The position numbers and the translations under genes were made by a program. Positions 1-7,672 of a stretch of 24,000 bases of DNA are shown here, piece after piece. The notes beneath the pieces were generated by a model, which ran no database searches, was not told where the DNA came from, and was given only the letters and a program-made list of their open reading frames with translations. Numbering within the stretch: the stretch's first letter is position 1; each line of letters starts with the position of its first letter. Source of the stretch: Nitrososphaerota archaeon (GTDB taxonomy: Archaea > Thermoproteota > Nitrososphaeria_A > Caldarchaeales > Wolframiiraptoraceae); NCBI GenBank assembly GCA_021159365.1, contig JAGGRY010000006.1:1-24000 (forward strand). The letters are read 5' to 3'.

Positions 1-7
1 TTTTCAG

Positions 8-1423
8 CTATTTATCGACTTCAAAGCTTATGAGCAGTGGGGTTGGAGACGGGTTCATTCTACCCAAGAAATAGAAGTGACCTTCTGGAAGAGTTAAGAG
101 AGTTTCAGGTGAGATGTAGTAGGATGCGGCGAGCTTTTGAGCTTCTTCAAAGTCTAGTGGATGAATTCTGCCTATAAATTGCGTGTTCAAGTTTCTCCTA
201 ACGGCTGAGTTTAATCCTATTTCACCGGCCATTCCCTGCGACAGGATCACTATCGACAATCCATAACTTCTACCCAATGCACAGAGATCTATTATCAAGT
301 CAGTCGTTTCCCTTTCAAGTCCTCTCGGTTGCCAAGGAGCATATTGCGGGCCTTCATCGATTATTAATGCTACATCTAGTCTTTGCTTTCTCTCCATCAA
401 TCTCTTCAAGTATCTCGTTATCGAGTAGAATGCTGCGAGTTTTTGCTCCTTCTCACCCTTACTCATATCTATCACGACTATTCCCTTATCCTTGGCCTCG
501 GCGAGGATCTCCCATGGTTCCATCGTTCCAAGGAACTTCTCTATCTCTTCCTCGGTTATTAATTCAAAGGAAGCCTCTAATCTCTCAAGCCAGAGCTGCC
601 CTGTCTCCGTCTTCTTTAATCTACTGCCCTCTAATTCGAGGATCGACTTAGCCTTTCTATAGAGTAGATCTCTTGCTTCCGAGGGAGTTCTCCCCCTCCA
701 TTCAACGGTTCTCAACGCTCTCTCAAAGGCGCTGGCAACAGGGTTCTCTTCTCTTCCATGATATCCGAAGTTCTTGGTGAGCTGGCTGAAGTAGCTTAGA
801 ACGGTGAAGTCATCGACCTTGATTTTATCTAGGAGGATTACGGGTTCAAAATATGGAGCGTAATCACTTCCCTTCCAATCCATTATTATCAAGCTATAGC
901 CAGCTTTTCGGAGAAGCGGTATTATCTCATATCTCGCTAGATAGGATTTACCCGAACCCGTTACGCCGAAAATCCCAATATGATAGTTTATGTATTGCTT
1001 TAGGATCGGAACTCTCCAATTAGGCCTGCCCCAATAGTGACCTATCGTCAGATCGGATCCTTTACTTAGAAGCTTCATGGGATCATCTTCATCGGAGAAT
1101 AATTCAACGATCGATGTAGGCGCAATTATCAACTTATTCTGCTCGATCCCATCCTCACCTACCGCCCCGATAACCTCAAGATTAAAGATGTAATATTCTT
1201 TGGCGCTGCTCGGAATTCTCCCCCTCCTCGCATAGGCGACGCCTGGATTGAAGCTCCCAGTCTTGACGTTTTCATTCAGTCCTCTACCGCCTCTACAGAC
1301 CGCCAATACATCTCCACCATTCTTATTCCTGATTATCACTAGGCTCTCATTCCTGACTTTCTTCTCCATTCCATCGTAGAGGATTACAGTCGCTCTAGAC
1401 TCGCTCGCACCGCTCGAAACCAT
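8..1423 (-). CDS. HerA-like (DUF87/FtsK-HerA superfamily) P-loop ATPase
   Basis: Walker A GIFGVTGSGKSY and Walker B VALIIDEGPQY. The N-terminal ~110 aa look like a HAS-barrel, and the length (471 aa) fits archaeal HerA paralogs. The coordinates include the stop codon (cta at 8-10 on the + strand). Confidence 0.75.
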   Translation of the reverse strand: MVSSGASESRATVILYDGMEKKVRNESLVIIRNKNGGDVLAVCRGGRGLNENVKTGSFNPGVAYARRGRIPSSAKEYYIFNLEVIGAVGEDGIEQNKLIIAPTSIVELFSDEDDPMKLLSKGSDLTIGHYWGRPNWRVPILKQYINYHIGIFGVTGSGKSYLARYEIIPLLRKAGYSLIIMDWKGSDYAPYFEPVILLDKIKVDDFTVLSYFSQLTKNFGYHGREENPVASAFERALRTVEWRGRTPSEARDLLYRKAKSILELEGSRLKKTETGQLWLERLEASFELITEEEIEKFLGTMEPWEILAEAKDKGIVVIDMSKGEKEQKLAAFYSITRYLKRLMERKQRLDVALIIDEGPQYAPWQPRGLERETTDLIIDLCALGRSYGLSIVILSQGMAGEIGLNSAVRRNLNTQFIGRIHPLDFEEAQKLAASYYISPETLLTLPEGHFYFLGRMNPSPTPLLISFEVDK

Positions 1424-1641
1424 ACCTATCGGAATCGGCAGTTCAAGTCACCCCTCCATCTAAGAAAAATAAACGACGGGTATATAACGTTGGCAGGGTA
1501 TACCGAATGTAAACTCTGATAATAAGGTGATTGCATTCGAATCGTATAGTATTCTCACTTAACTCTCCTGAAAGATGGAATACCGACATAATGCTATAGA
1601 AGATAAGATGGTTTTCTAAAACGGCCTTCGGCTGATAAGAC

Positions 1642-1649
1642 TTTTAAAG
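1642..1649 (+). promoter_or_regulatory. TATA-like box (TTTTAAAG) 22-29 nt upstream of the ATG at 1671, suggesting a leaderless or near-leaderless mRNA
   Basis: A/T box at the spacing typical for archaeal TATA-to-TSS distance. No Shine-Dalgarno-like element lies in between. Confidence 0.4.
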
Positions 1650-1670
1650 GATGATCTTAATGTCAAAAGC

Positions 1671-2054
1671 ATGAGCCTTAGGTCTGAGCTTGAAAACGCC
1701 TTAAAGGAGTTCGTAACCGCGACCGGCGGAGACATAGTCGGATGCGCGATAACGAGATCCGATGGACTACTCTTAGCCTCGACACCTCTAGAGGGAGTAG
1801 ATGAGAGGAGGCTGGCGGCGATGGGCGTGACTGCCGTCGGGATCGCTAAGAGGCTCTGTAAAGAGCTTAACAGAGGAGTTCCACTGAGGATGATGGTCGA
1901 GGGAAAGGGAGGGAATATTCTGATCGCGAATGTGGGTGAAGACTTATTCCTCATCGCTTTGACCTCGAAGAACCCCAACCTTGGACTCGTATTCCTGGAG
2001 ATGGATAGAATAGCTGAAACTCTGGCAGCGATCAGTAAAAGGAGGCAAAAATGA
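1671..2054 (+). CDS. Roadblock/LC7 (MglB-like) domain protein
   Basis: 127 aa. The pattern DIVGCAITRSDGLLLAS...LAAM...VEGKGGNILIANVGEDLFLIALT...NLGLVFLEM is typical of Robl_LC7 domain proteins. Confidence 0.75.
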   Translation: MSLRSELENALKEFVTATGGDIVGCAITRSDGLLLASTPLEGVDERRLAAMGVTAVGIAKRLCKELNRGVPLRMMVEGKGGNILIANVGEDLFLIALTSKNPNLGLVFLEMDRIAETLAAISKRRQK

Positions 2055-2229
2055 GCTGGGCGATAATCCTGAAATTAGGATTATGAACCCCATAAAACAG
2101 CTTTACACCATTTAGAGGATTATCTTTAGAAGGATCATTCATTCTTCCACTTGAATATGATCAATAATGTTCCCCGAGGATATATGACGAGAGAAACATC
2201 TTAGAAACAGAATACTCTTTGAAGATGGA

Positions 2230-2343
2230 TGCGGGGGGCGGGATTCGAACCCGCGAACCCCTACGGGAGCGGGTTTCTAAATCTGACCAGCATTTATCAG
2301 GTTCTTAAGCCCGCCGCCTTTGACCTGGCTTGGCTACCCCCGC
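2230..2343 (-). tRNA. tRNA-Leu(UAA) with a 29-nt intron at 37/38 (about 2275..2303); no encoded CCA
   Basis: Reverse complement folds as GCGGGGG/CCCCCGC acceptor, D arm GCC..GGC and anticodon stem GCGGG/CCCGC with loop CUUAAGA. It also has a long variable arm (UCCCGUAGGGGUU), T arm GCGGG-UUCGAAU-CCCGC and discriminator A. The intron is flanked by a relaxed BHB (CUUA/UUAG helix, 3-nt bulges). Confidence 0.85.
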
Positions 2344-2370
2344 TCCTAGATCTTAATTTTAGGCGGGTGA

Positions 2371-2380
2371 ATTTAATATT
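2371..2380 (-). promoter_or_regulatory. TATA-like box (AATATTAAAT) 28-37 nt upstream of the tRNA-Leu 5' end
   Basis: A/T-rich box at archaeal promoter spacing. All five tRNA genes in the window have an equivalent box. Confidence 0.35.
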
Positions 2381-2416
2381 TCAGGTTAAGGATTTTATCC
2401 TAGATCTTCTGATCTA

Positions 2417-3082
2417 ATGCTTGCCATGAGGATTCTTCAGGTGAGCGATATTCATGGAAGGCTTGAAAGAGTTGAGGAGATCGTTAAGAAGGCTGGAGAG
2501 GTTAAACCCGATCTAATAGTCGTGGCCGGCGATATAACTCACTTCGGAGACCTGGAAGATGCAGAGGAGATAATGGATAAACTATCCGAGGCGGGAATCC
2601 AGATCTTCTTCGTTTCAGGGAACTGCGATCCACCAAAAATGCTTAGCTGGCAGCCGAAGAACAAACTTGTCGAGAATCTTCACGGTAAATCTGTTGAATT
2701 TAGGGGTTTCATCTTCGTCGGGACAGGTGGCGGAAGCGGAAAGTTTGGAACGTTGACCGAGCTAAGCGAGGAAGAGTTTGAGCATATTTTAAGAAAATTC
2801 GTGGATCTCCCAGAGAACCTCATCTTCATAAGTCATAGTCCGCCCCATGGCCTCGAAGTAGACTTCACGGGATCAAAACATATTGGAAGCAAAGCGATAA
2901 GAAAGTTCGTCGAAGATCATCAACCGATTTTGATGTGCACGGGCCATGCTCATGAAGGCAGAGGGATCGTTAAGCTTGGAAGAACCGTCATAGTTAACGC
3001 TGGACCTGCTAAGGATGGATTCTGTGCAATCATAGATCTTGTGGATGGATCTGTTAGAGCTGAACTCTCAACCCTCTATTGA
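2417..3082 (+). CDS. Metallophosphoesterase (calcineurin-like phosphoesterase family)
   Basis: Motifs SDIHG, VVAGDITHFGD, SGNCDP, SHSPPHG and GHAHEG in the canonical order. The true start may be the ATG at 2426 (MRILQVSD). Confidence 0.8.
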   Translation: MLAMRILQVSDIHGRLERVEEIVKKAGEVKPDLIVVAGDITHFGDLEDAEEIMDKLSEAGIQIFFVSGNCDPPKMLSWQPKNKLVENLHGKSVEFRGFIFVGTGGGSGKFGTLTELSEEEFEHILRKFVDLPENLIFISHSPPHGLEVDFTGSKHIGSKAIRKFVEDHQPILMCTGHAHEGRGIVKLGRTVIVNAGPAKDGFCAIIDLVDGSVRAELSTLY

Positions 3083-3837
3083 GAAGCCTGCTTCATGTAG
3101 GTCTCGATGTAGGTCACCTTCTCGATCCCCTCAATGTGGTCCATTAAATCTCTGGCCAAAGCTCTCTTAGCTACCTGAATCGCCGGTAATAGGAATGCTT
3201 CATCCGGAATAGTTATCCTGACCTCGGGCTTTCTCACCCTAATCTTGAATTTCTTAACGTCCACATCTGGGATTCTATAATGTATTAATGCCTTGATCTT
3301 CTCGTTATCGGTTGATAATATCTTGACGACCTTAACATAGCAATCGATGGTTTTTCCGGCGAGATAGGGGTTGAAGTCTATTTGAACTCTCCCAGATCCT
3401 ATGCTTCTAACTATACCCTCTCTACCATCGATCGTTATCCTGGATCCTATCGTTATCGGCCCCTCAACATTCTTCAACCTTCTAAGCGGAATAACCTTAA
3501 TCTTGGATGGATCTCGTGGTCCAAAAGCCTTCTCAGGAGGTATCTCGAATCTCTTCTCCTCGCCCGGCGCCATCCCGATTAGCTGCTCTTCGACTGATTT
3601 TAGGAGAAAGCCTTTTCCAGGAATCACCAATCTAGACTCAAATCTTCCCTCTTCGATTCCTTCTTTTTCAGCGACCTCTTTAATCGTCGTCTCTATGAGT
3701 TCGCCGTTCTCCTTGACTCTAAAGGTGTAATCTACGAGAACCAGGTCCCCTTCTTTGACTATTGGCTTCTCCTCAACGACCTCTCCACCCTTCTCAGTAG
3801 ATTCCTCGCCCGGCATGAATAATCGCAATATCTCCAC
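3076..3837 (-). CDS. Long-type archaeal FKBP peptidyl-prolyl cis-trans isomerase (FKBP plus IF insert plus C-terminal domain)
   Basis: GDLVLVDYTFRVKENGELIETT, GKGFLLKSVEEQLIGMAPGEEKRFEIPPEKAFGPRDP and IDFNPYLAGKTIDCYVKVVKI match the SlyD/FKBP fold motifs. It overlaps the convergent phosphoesterase gene by 7 nt. Confidence 0.8.
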   Translation of the reverse strand: MEILRLFMPGEESTEKGGEVVEEKPIVKEGDLVLVDYTFRVKENGELIETTIKEVAEKEGIEEGRFESRLVIPGKGFLLKSVEEQLIGMAPGEEKRFEIPPEKAFGPRDPSKIKVIPLRRLKNVEGPITIGSRITIDGREGIVRSIGSGRVQIDFNPYLAGKTIDCYVKVVKILSTDNEKIKALIHYRIPDVDVKKFKIRVRKPEVRITIPDEAFLLPAIQVAKRALARDLMDHIEGIEKVTYIETYMKQASQ

Positions 3838-3933
3838 ATAGCATTTACTTATTAAGCCTTATCCAGCGATCATAAACATTTTTATGAATCCTAGTTTAGG
3901 GAATATGTTGGTTGGAGGGTTCTCCAAGCCGCT

Positions 3934-4614
3934 TTGATGGCTGGGATGGACATGTTTTCTAGAAGATACAACATACAAGATAGGATTAAGGTCGGAACTA
4001 CGACCGTGGGCTTGGTCGTGAAGAACGGCGTCGCCTTAGCGACCGACACAAGGGTTACAGCAGGGTATTTCATAGCCCATAGGAAGGGTAAGAAGCTCTT
4101 CCCCCTCGCGGATTACGCGGCCATAACGATTGCTGGAAGAGTTGCAGATGCTCAGACCCTGATAGACTTCCTGAAAGCAAATATGAGATATTATCACACG
4201 TCTTGGGGTAGGATTATGCCCATAGCTTCGGCCGCGAGGCTCGCGGCAAACTTCATGTTCAGATCTAGATACTTCCCCTATTATGCACAATTAATCATAG
4301 CTGGAATCGATGATACTGGGCCGCATATGTTTAACGTCGACCTATATGGAACCTTAACTGAGGAGATCATAATCTCCACGGGATCTGGTTCCCCCGTAGC
4401 CTATGGAATTCTTGAGAGCGAGTATAGGGAAGATATGGATGTGGAAGATGCGGCGAAGCTCGCGTTCAAGGCCGTTGCAGCCGCGATTCAAAGAGATATA
4501 GGTTCTGGGGACAGCATCGACGTCGCGTATATTAAGGTTGGTGAAAAGTATAGGGAGTTGACTTATGAGGAGAAGAAGCCTCTTTACGCCCAGTTCGTTA
4601 AGACCGTTTATTAG
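3934..4614 (+). CDS. psmB: Proteasome subunit beta
   Basis: A short propeptide is followed by the catalytic-Thr motif G|TTTVGLVVKNGVALATDTR. The rest shows the typical beta-subunit pattern (GSGSPVAYGILE). Confidence 0.9.
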   Translation: MMAGMDMFSRRYNIQDRIKVGTTTVGLVVKNGVALATDTRVTAGYFIAHRKGKKLFPLADYAAITIAGRVADAQTLIDFLKANMRYYHTSWGRIMPIASAARLAANFMFRSRYFPYYAQLIIAGIDDTGPHMFNVDLYGTLTEEIIISTGSGSPVAYGILESEYREDMDVEDAAKLAFKAVAAAIQRDIGSGDSIDVAYIKVGEKYRELTYEEKKPLYAQFVKTVY

Positions 4615-4629
4615 GATTGACTCAAGTTC

Positions 4630-6555
4630 ATGAGCTCGAAACCGCTTTTCTCACTTGACAGGCTTAGGCAGGACATCGCTAGATACTTTTCTGTCGTTAA
4701 CCCCATCGAATCCGGCGTTACAAAGATAGAGTTTGAAGGGCCGAGGATAGCGATCTATACGAGGAGCAGAAACGTCTTTTCGAGCAGAGATCAGATAGCG
4801 AAGGATCTCGTCACACTGATAAAGAAGAGAGTTGTGATAAGACCTGATGAATCTATCAGGATGAGTAAGGAGAGAGCTGAAGAGAAGATCAAGCAAGTCA
4901 TTAAAGGAGTTCAGGGACTGGTCTTTAACGAATTGATGGGCGAGGTTGTAGTGGAGATAGCTTCTGGAGTTGAACCACCGTCAGATGATGATCTAAAATC
5001 GCTAAGCTCGGAACTTGGATGGGTGATAAAGCTTGAGATGAGTCCGCCGATGAAGACGAAGACCATCGAACGCGTAAAGAAGATCATTTACGGCGATCCG
5101 CAGTATAGGCTTAAAGCTTTGAGGTTGATTGGAGAGAAAGTATTTAGAAATCAGATCTTTGAGACGACCGATGCTATGATAACCATTCTTGGATCAGGGA
5201 GGCAAGTTGGAAGATCCGCGATCCTCTTAAAGACGAGCGAGAGTAAAGTCCTCCTCGACTGCGGATATTCTCCAAGCGGTTCGAGAAATCTCGAGATGAT
5301 GCCCAGATTCGACATGATGGAAGATCTAGTAAGCGAATTGGACGCAATCGTGATAACCCATGCTCATCTCGATCACATGGGAATGGTCCCATACCTATTC
5401 AAATACGGATATAGAGGACCTGTTTACTGCACAGAACCAACCCTGCCGCTAATGTTGATGCAGCAGCTCGACTTCATTAATGTGGCTGGGAAAGAAGGAG
5501 CCTTTGCCCCATATAGTGAGAATGACGTTAGATTGGCTGTTCAGCACGCAGTTCCCCTGAAATATGGCGTCGTTACGAACATAACTCCGGATGTTAGGAT
5601 CACGTTCTATAATGCTGGCCATATCCTTGGGTCGGCGATAATCCACATACACATCGGCGAAGGATTCCATAACATAATCTATACCGGGGACTTCAAGTTC
5701 GAGAACAGTAGGACCTTGGATGCAAGCGTGTATAGGTTTCCAAGGGCCGAGACCTTGATAATGGAGAGCACTTATGGAGCGACGCCAATCCCATTCACCA
5801 GACAGGAGAGCGAGCAAACTCTCGCGGAATACGTTAAGAAGACGATAGAGGATGGTGGAAAGGTTCTGATACCCGTTCCAGCGGTTGGAAGAGCCCAGGA
5901 GATCATGCTCGTCCTAAACCATCTATTCACTTCTGGAGAGATACCTGAGGTTCCAGTATTCTTGGATGGATTAGTTGTGGAAGCAACGGCCATACATGCA
6001 GCCTATCCAGATTATCTTGGAAGAGAGATTAGGAATAAGATCGAAGAGCTTGGAAATGTCTTCATGAGCGAATACTTCACACCGATAAAGAGCATCCAAC
6101 ATAGAGACGAGGTTTTGAACATGCGCGAACCCGCGATAATCATGGCCACATCCGGAATGCTCGAAGGAGGCCCGATCCTAACGTACTTGAAGGAATTCGC
6201 TTCAGATGATAGGAACATCCTCATCTTCGTGAGCTACCAGGTCGAGGGAACTCTTGGAAGAAAATTGCTGAAAGGAGTGAGAGAATTCCACTTAATGGGT
6301 GAAGGAGGTAAAACGGAGCTCGTGAACGTCAAGCTTAAGATAGTTAAGGTCGATGGATTCTCAGGCCACTCAAGCCGACAACAACTCCTAGGATACCTTA
6401 AGGCATTCCAGCCTAAACCCAGAAATCTAATACTTGTCCATGGAGAGTATGATGCCGTTACAAGTCTAGCGAGAAGTGCTTCAAAAATACTTCCGTCAAC
6501 AAAGATATACACTCCTCAAAATCTTGAGTCTATAACCCTCGCGACTTACACCTAG
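4630..6555 (+). CDS. aCPSF1-type beta-CASP ribonuclease with N-terminal KH domains (archaeal CPSF73 homolog / transcription termination factor family)
   Basis: 641 aa. N-terminal KH-like region, MBL motif ITHAHLDHMG, beta-CASP region and C-terminal VHGE motif. It starts 16 nt after psmB, a known conserved archaeal neighbourhood. Confidence 0.9.
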   Translation: MSSKPLFSLDRLRQDIARYFSVVNPIESGVTKIEFEGPRIAIYTRSRNVFSSRDQIAKDLVTLIKKRVVIRPDESIRMSKERAEEKIKQVIKGVQGLVFNELMGEVVVEIASGVEPPSDDDLKSLSSELGWVIKLEMSPPMKTKTIERVKKIIYGDPQYRLKALRLIGEKVFRNQIFETTDAMITILGSGRQVGRSAILLKTSESKVLLDCGYSPSGSRNLEMMPRFDMMEDLVSELDAIVITHAHLDHMGMVPYLFKYGYRGPVYCTEPTLPLMLMQQLDFINVAGKEGAFAPYSENDVRLAVQHAVPLKYGVVTNITPDVRITFYNAGHILGSAIIHIHIGEGFHNIIYTGDFKFENSRTLDASVYRFPRAETLIMESTYGATPIPFTRQESEQTLAEYVKKTIEDGGKVLIPVPAVGRAQEIMLVLNHLFTSGEIPEVPVFLDGLVVEATAIHAAYPDYLGREIRNKIEELGNVFMSEYFTPIKSIQHRDEVLNMREPAIIMATSGMLEGGPILTYLKEFASDDRNILIFVSYQVEGTLGRKLLKGVREFHLMGEGGKTELVNVKLKIVKVDGFSGHSSRQQLLGYLKAFQPKPRNLILVHGEYDAVTSLARSASKILPSTKIYTPQNLESITLATYT

Positions 6556-6896
6556 CCATGAACGACGAGCTTCATATGCTTCGGCAGAATTAAGAGTATC
6601 GGCCACCTGATCAGATATATACTCTCATCTGAAACCCTCTTTTTAAGCTCTGTTACGAATTCCCTTAGATCATTGAGACTGAGACCATCAAGAGATATGA
6701 GAATTACATTCATCTCTTCAACGGCTTTCCAGACATCATCAAACCTATTCAAACCATTCAGCCTGAAGTAGTGTATTCTTTCACCTACTTCCTTTTGACT
6801 CTTCCTCGACCTCTTTAAGATGCTCTGGACTTCATTCTCTATCTCCCTCAACATCCTCAACTCATCATCTAAGGAAGCCCGCTGCTCCATCATCAA
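6552..6896 (-). CDS. Hypothetical small protein with a weak resemblance to SepF/DUF552
   Basis: 114 aa with an N-terminal charged helix. The segment IHYFRLNGLNRFDDVWKAVEEMNVILISLDGLSLNDLREFVTELKKRV...LLILPKHMKLV has the strand/helix pattern I associate with SepF-like proteins. This is an impression only. Confidence 0.35.
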   Translation of the reverse strand: MMMEQRASLDDELRMLREIENEVQSILKRSRKSQKEVGERIHYFRLNGLNRFDDVWKAVEEMNVILISLDGLSLNDLREFVTELKKRVSDESIYLIRWPILLILPKHMKLVVHG

Positions 6897-7011
6897 CAGC
6901 GATCTCCACGTTCTTCAAGAAAAAGATAGCTCCCCTCAACGAAGCCTATCAGTCTCTAGAGATATTCAGCGAACTACTAGGGAATTATGATTGGAGATAT
7001 AAAAATTAATA

Positions 7012-7290
7012 TTGCCGATGAAGAACAATTCTCACGATTGGGGGAGGAGAATCTTGCCGAGTGATGTATCCTTGAAAATACTCTCCGAGAGCCTCGGAAA
7101 CACGGTGCTGGTGAGGCTAAGGAGCGGGAGAATACTTAGGGGGATCCTTCAAGGATATGATCAACACATGAACTTAGTCTTGGAGCAAGCTGAGGAGCTG
7201 AACGCGGATAATTCGATTCAGAGAAGGCTTGGAGTGATCGTCGTTAGAGGGGATAACGTCATAATGGTCTCACCGACGATTAAGGAGTGA
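7012..7290 (+). CDS. Sm-like (LSm/SmAP) RNA-binding protein
   Basis: Sm1 motif [26 protein letters not shown] and Sm2 motif [15 protein letters not shown]. The start is uncertain: TTG at 7012, ATG at 7018, or a later TTG. Confidence 0.85.
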   Translation: MPMKNNSHDWGRRILPSDVSLKILSESLGNTVLVRLRSGRILRGILQGYDQHMNLVLEQAEELNADNSIQRRLGVIVVRGDNVIMVSPTIKE

Positions 7291-7472
7291 TCTCCATGAC
7301 CAAGGGAACATCATCCTTCGGGAAGAAGAACAAGGTCGTCCATATAAGGTGTAGGAGATGCGGCCATCACTCATTTAACTTATCAAAGGGTAGATGCGCC
7401 CACTGCGGATTCGGAGAAACCAAGAAATGGAGAAAATACAACTGGATAAAACCCAAGAAGCTCTTAAAATAG
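7287..7472 (+). CDS. rpl37e: 50S ribosomal protein L37e (eL37)
   Basis: [39 protein letters not shown] carries the C4 zinc finger. The real start is probably the ATG at 7296. The overlapping or abutting Sm-L37e pair is a conserved archaeal operon. Confidence 0.9.
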   Translation: MISMTKGTSSFGKKNKVVHIRCRRCGHHSFNLSKGRCAHCGFGETKKWRKYNWIKPKKLLK

Positions 7473-7475
7473 GAA

Positions 7476-7485
7476 AAATTTAAGA
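7476..7485 (+). promoter_or_regulatory. TATA-like box (AAATTTAAGA) 24-33 nt upstream of tRNA-Ala
   Basis: A/T box at canonical archaeal spacing from the mature tRNA 5' end. Confidence 0.35.
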
Positions 7486-7508
7486 AAAGCCCGCGACGAT
7501 TTAAAGCC

Positions 7509-7580
7509 GGGCCGGTAGATCAGTGGGAGATCGCCCGCTTGGCGTGCGGGAGGTCGCGGGTTCAAATCCCGCCCGGTCCA
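7509..7580 (+). tRNA. tRNA-Ala(GGC), intron-less, no encoded CCA
   Basis: GGGCCGG/CCGGUCC acceptor with the G3:U70 alanine identity pair. Anticodon stem CCCGC/GCGGG with loop UUGGCGU, and T arm GCGGG-UUCAAAU-CCCGC. Confidence 0.9.
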
Positions 7581-7672
7581 ATACTTCAATAATCTACCCT
7601 TGATCTTCCAAATTCCTCTCGCGGCGAGCAATTATTAATTAGTGCGCGTTTTGATTTGTTGAAGGGATTGAG

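Noticed and set aside
277-651. 124-aa + strand ORF inside the HerA-like gene; likewise the 120-aa minus ORF 1616..1978 opposite the Roadblock gene
   Set aside because: They are antisense to CDSs with clear family motifs, and their composition is Ser/Leu/Pro-rich and repetitive.
1573-1635. AGAUGGA ... CUGA arrangement in the HerA/Roadblock intergenic region as a C/D sRNA
   Set aside because: Both C-like boxes have GG in place of the second GA dinucleotide, which would break the k-turn.
2229-2417. 62-aa + strand ORF from the six-frame track
   Set aside because: It lies almost entirely antisense to tRNA-Leu(UAA) and its promoter. Its sequence is just the translated tRNA complement.
4651-6512. 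Seven minus-strand ORFs (70-122 aa) within the aCPSF1 gene
   Set aside because: All are antisense to a 641-aa CDS with complete KH/MBL/beta-CASP motifs, so they are spurious.
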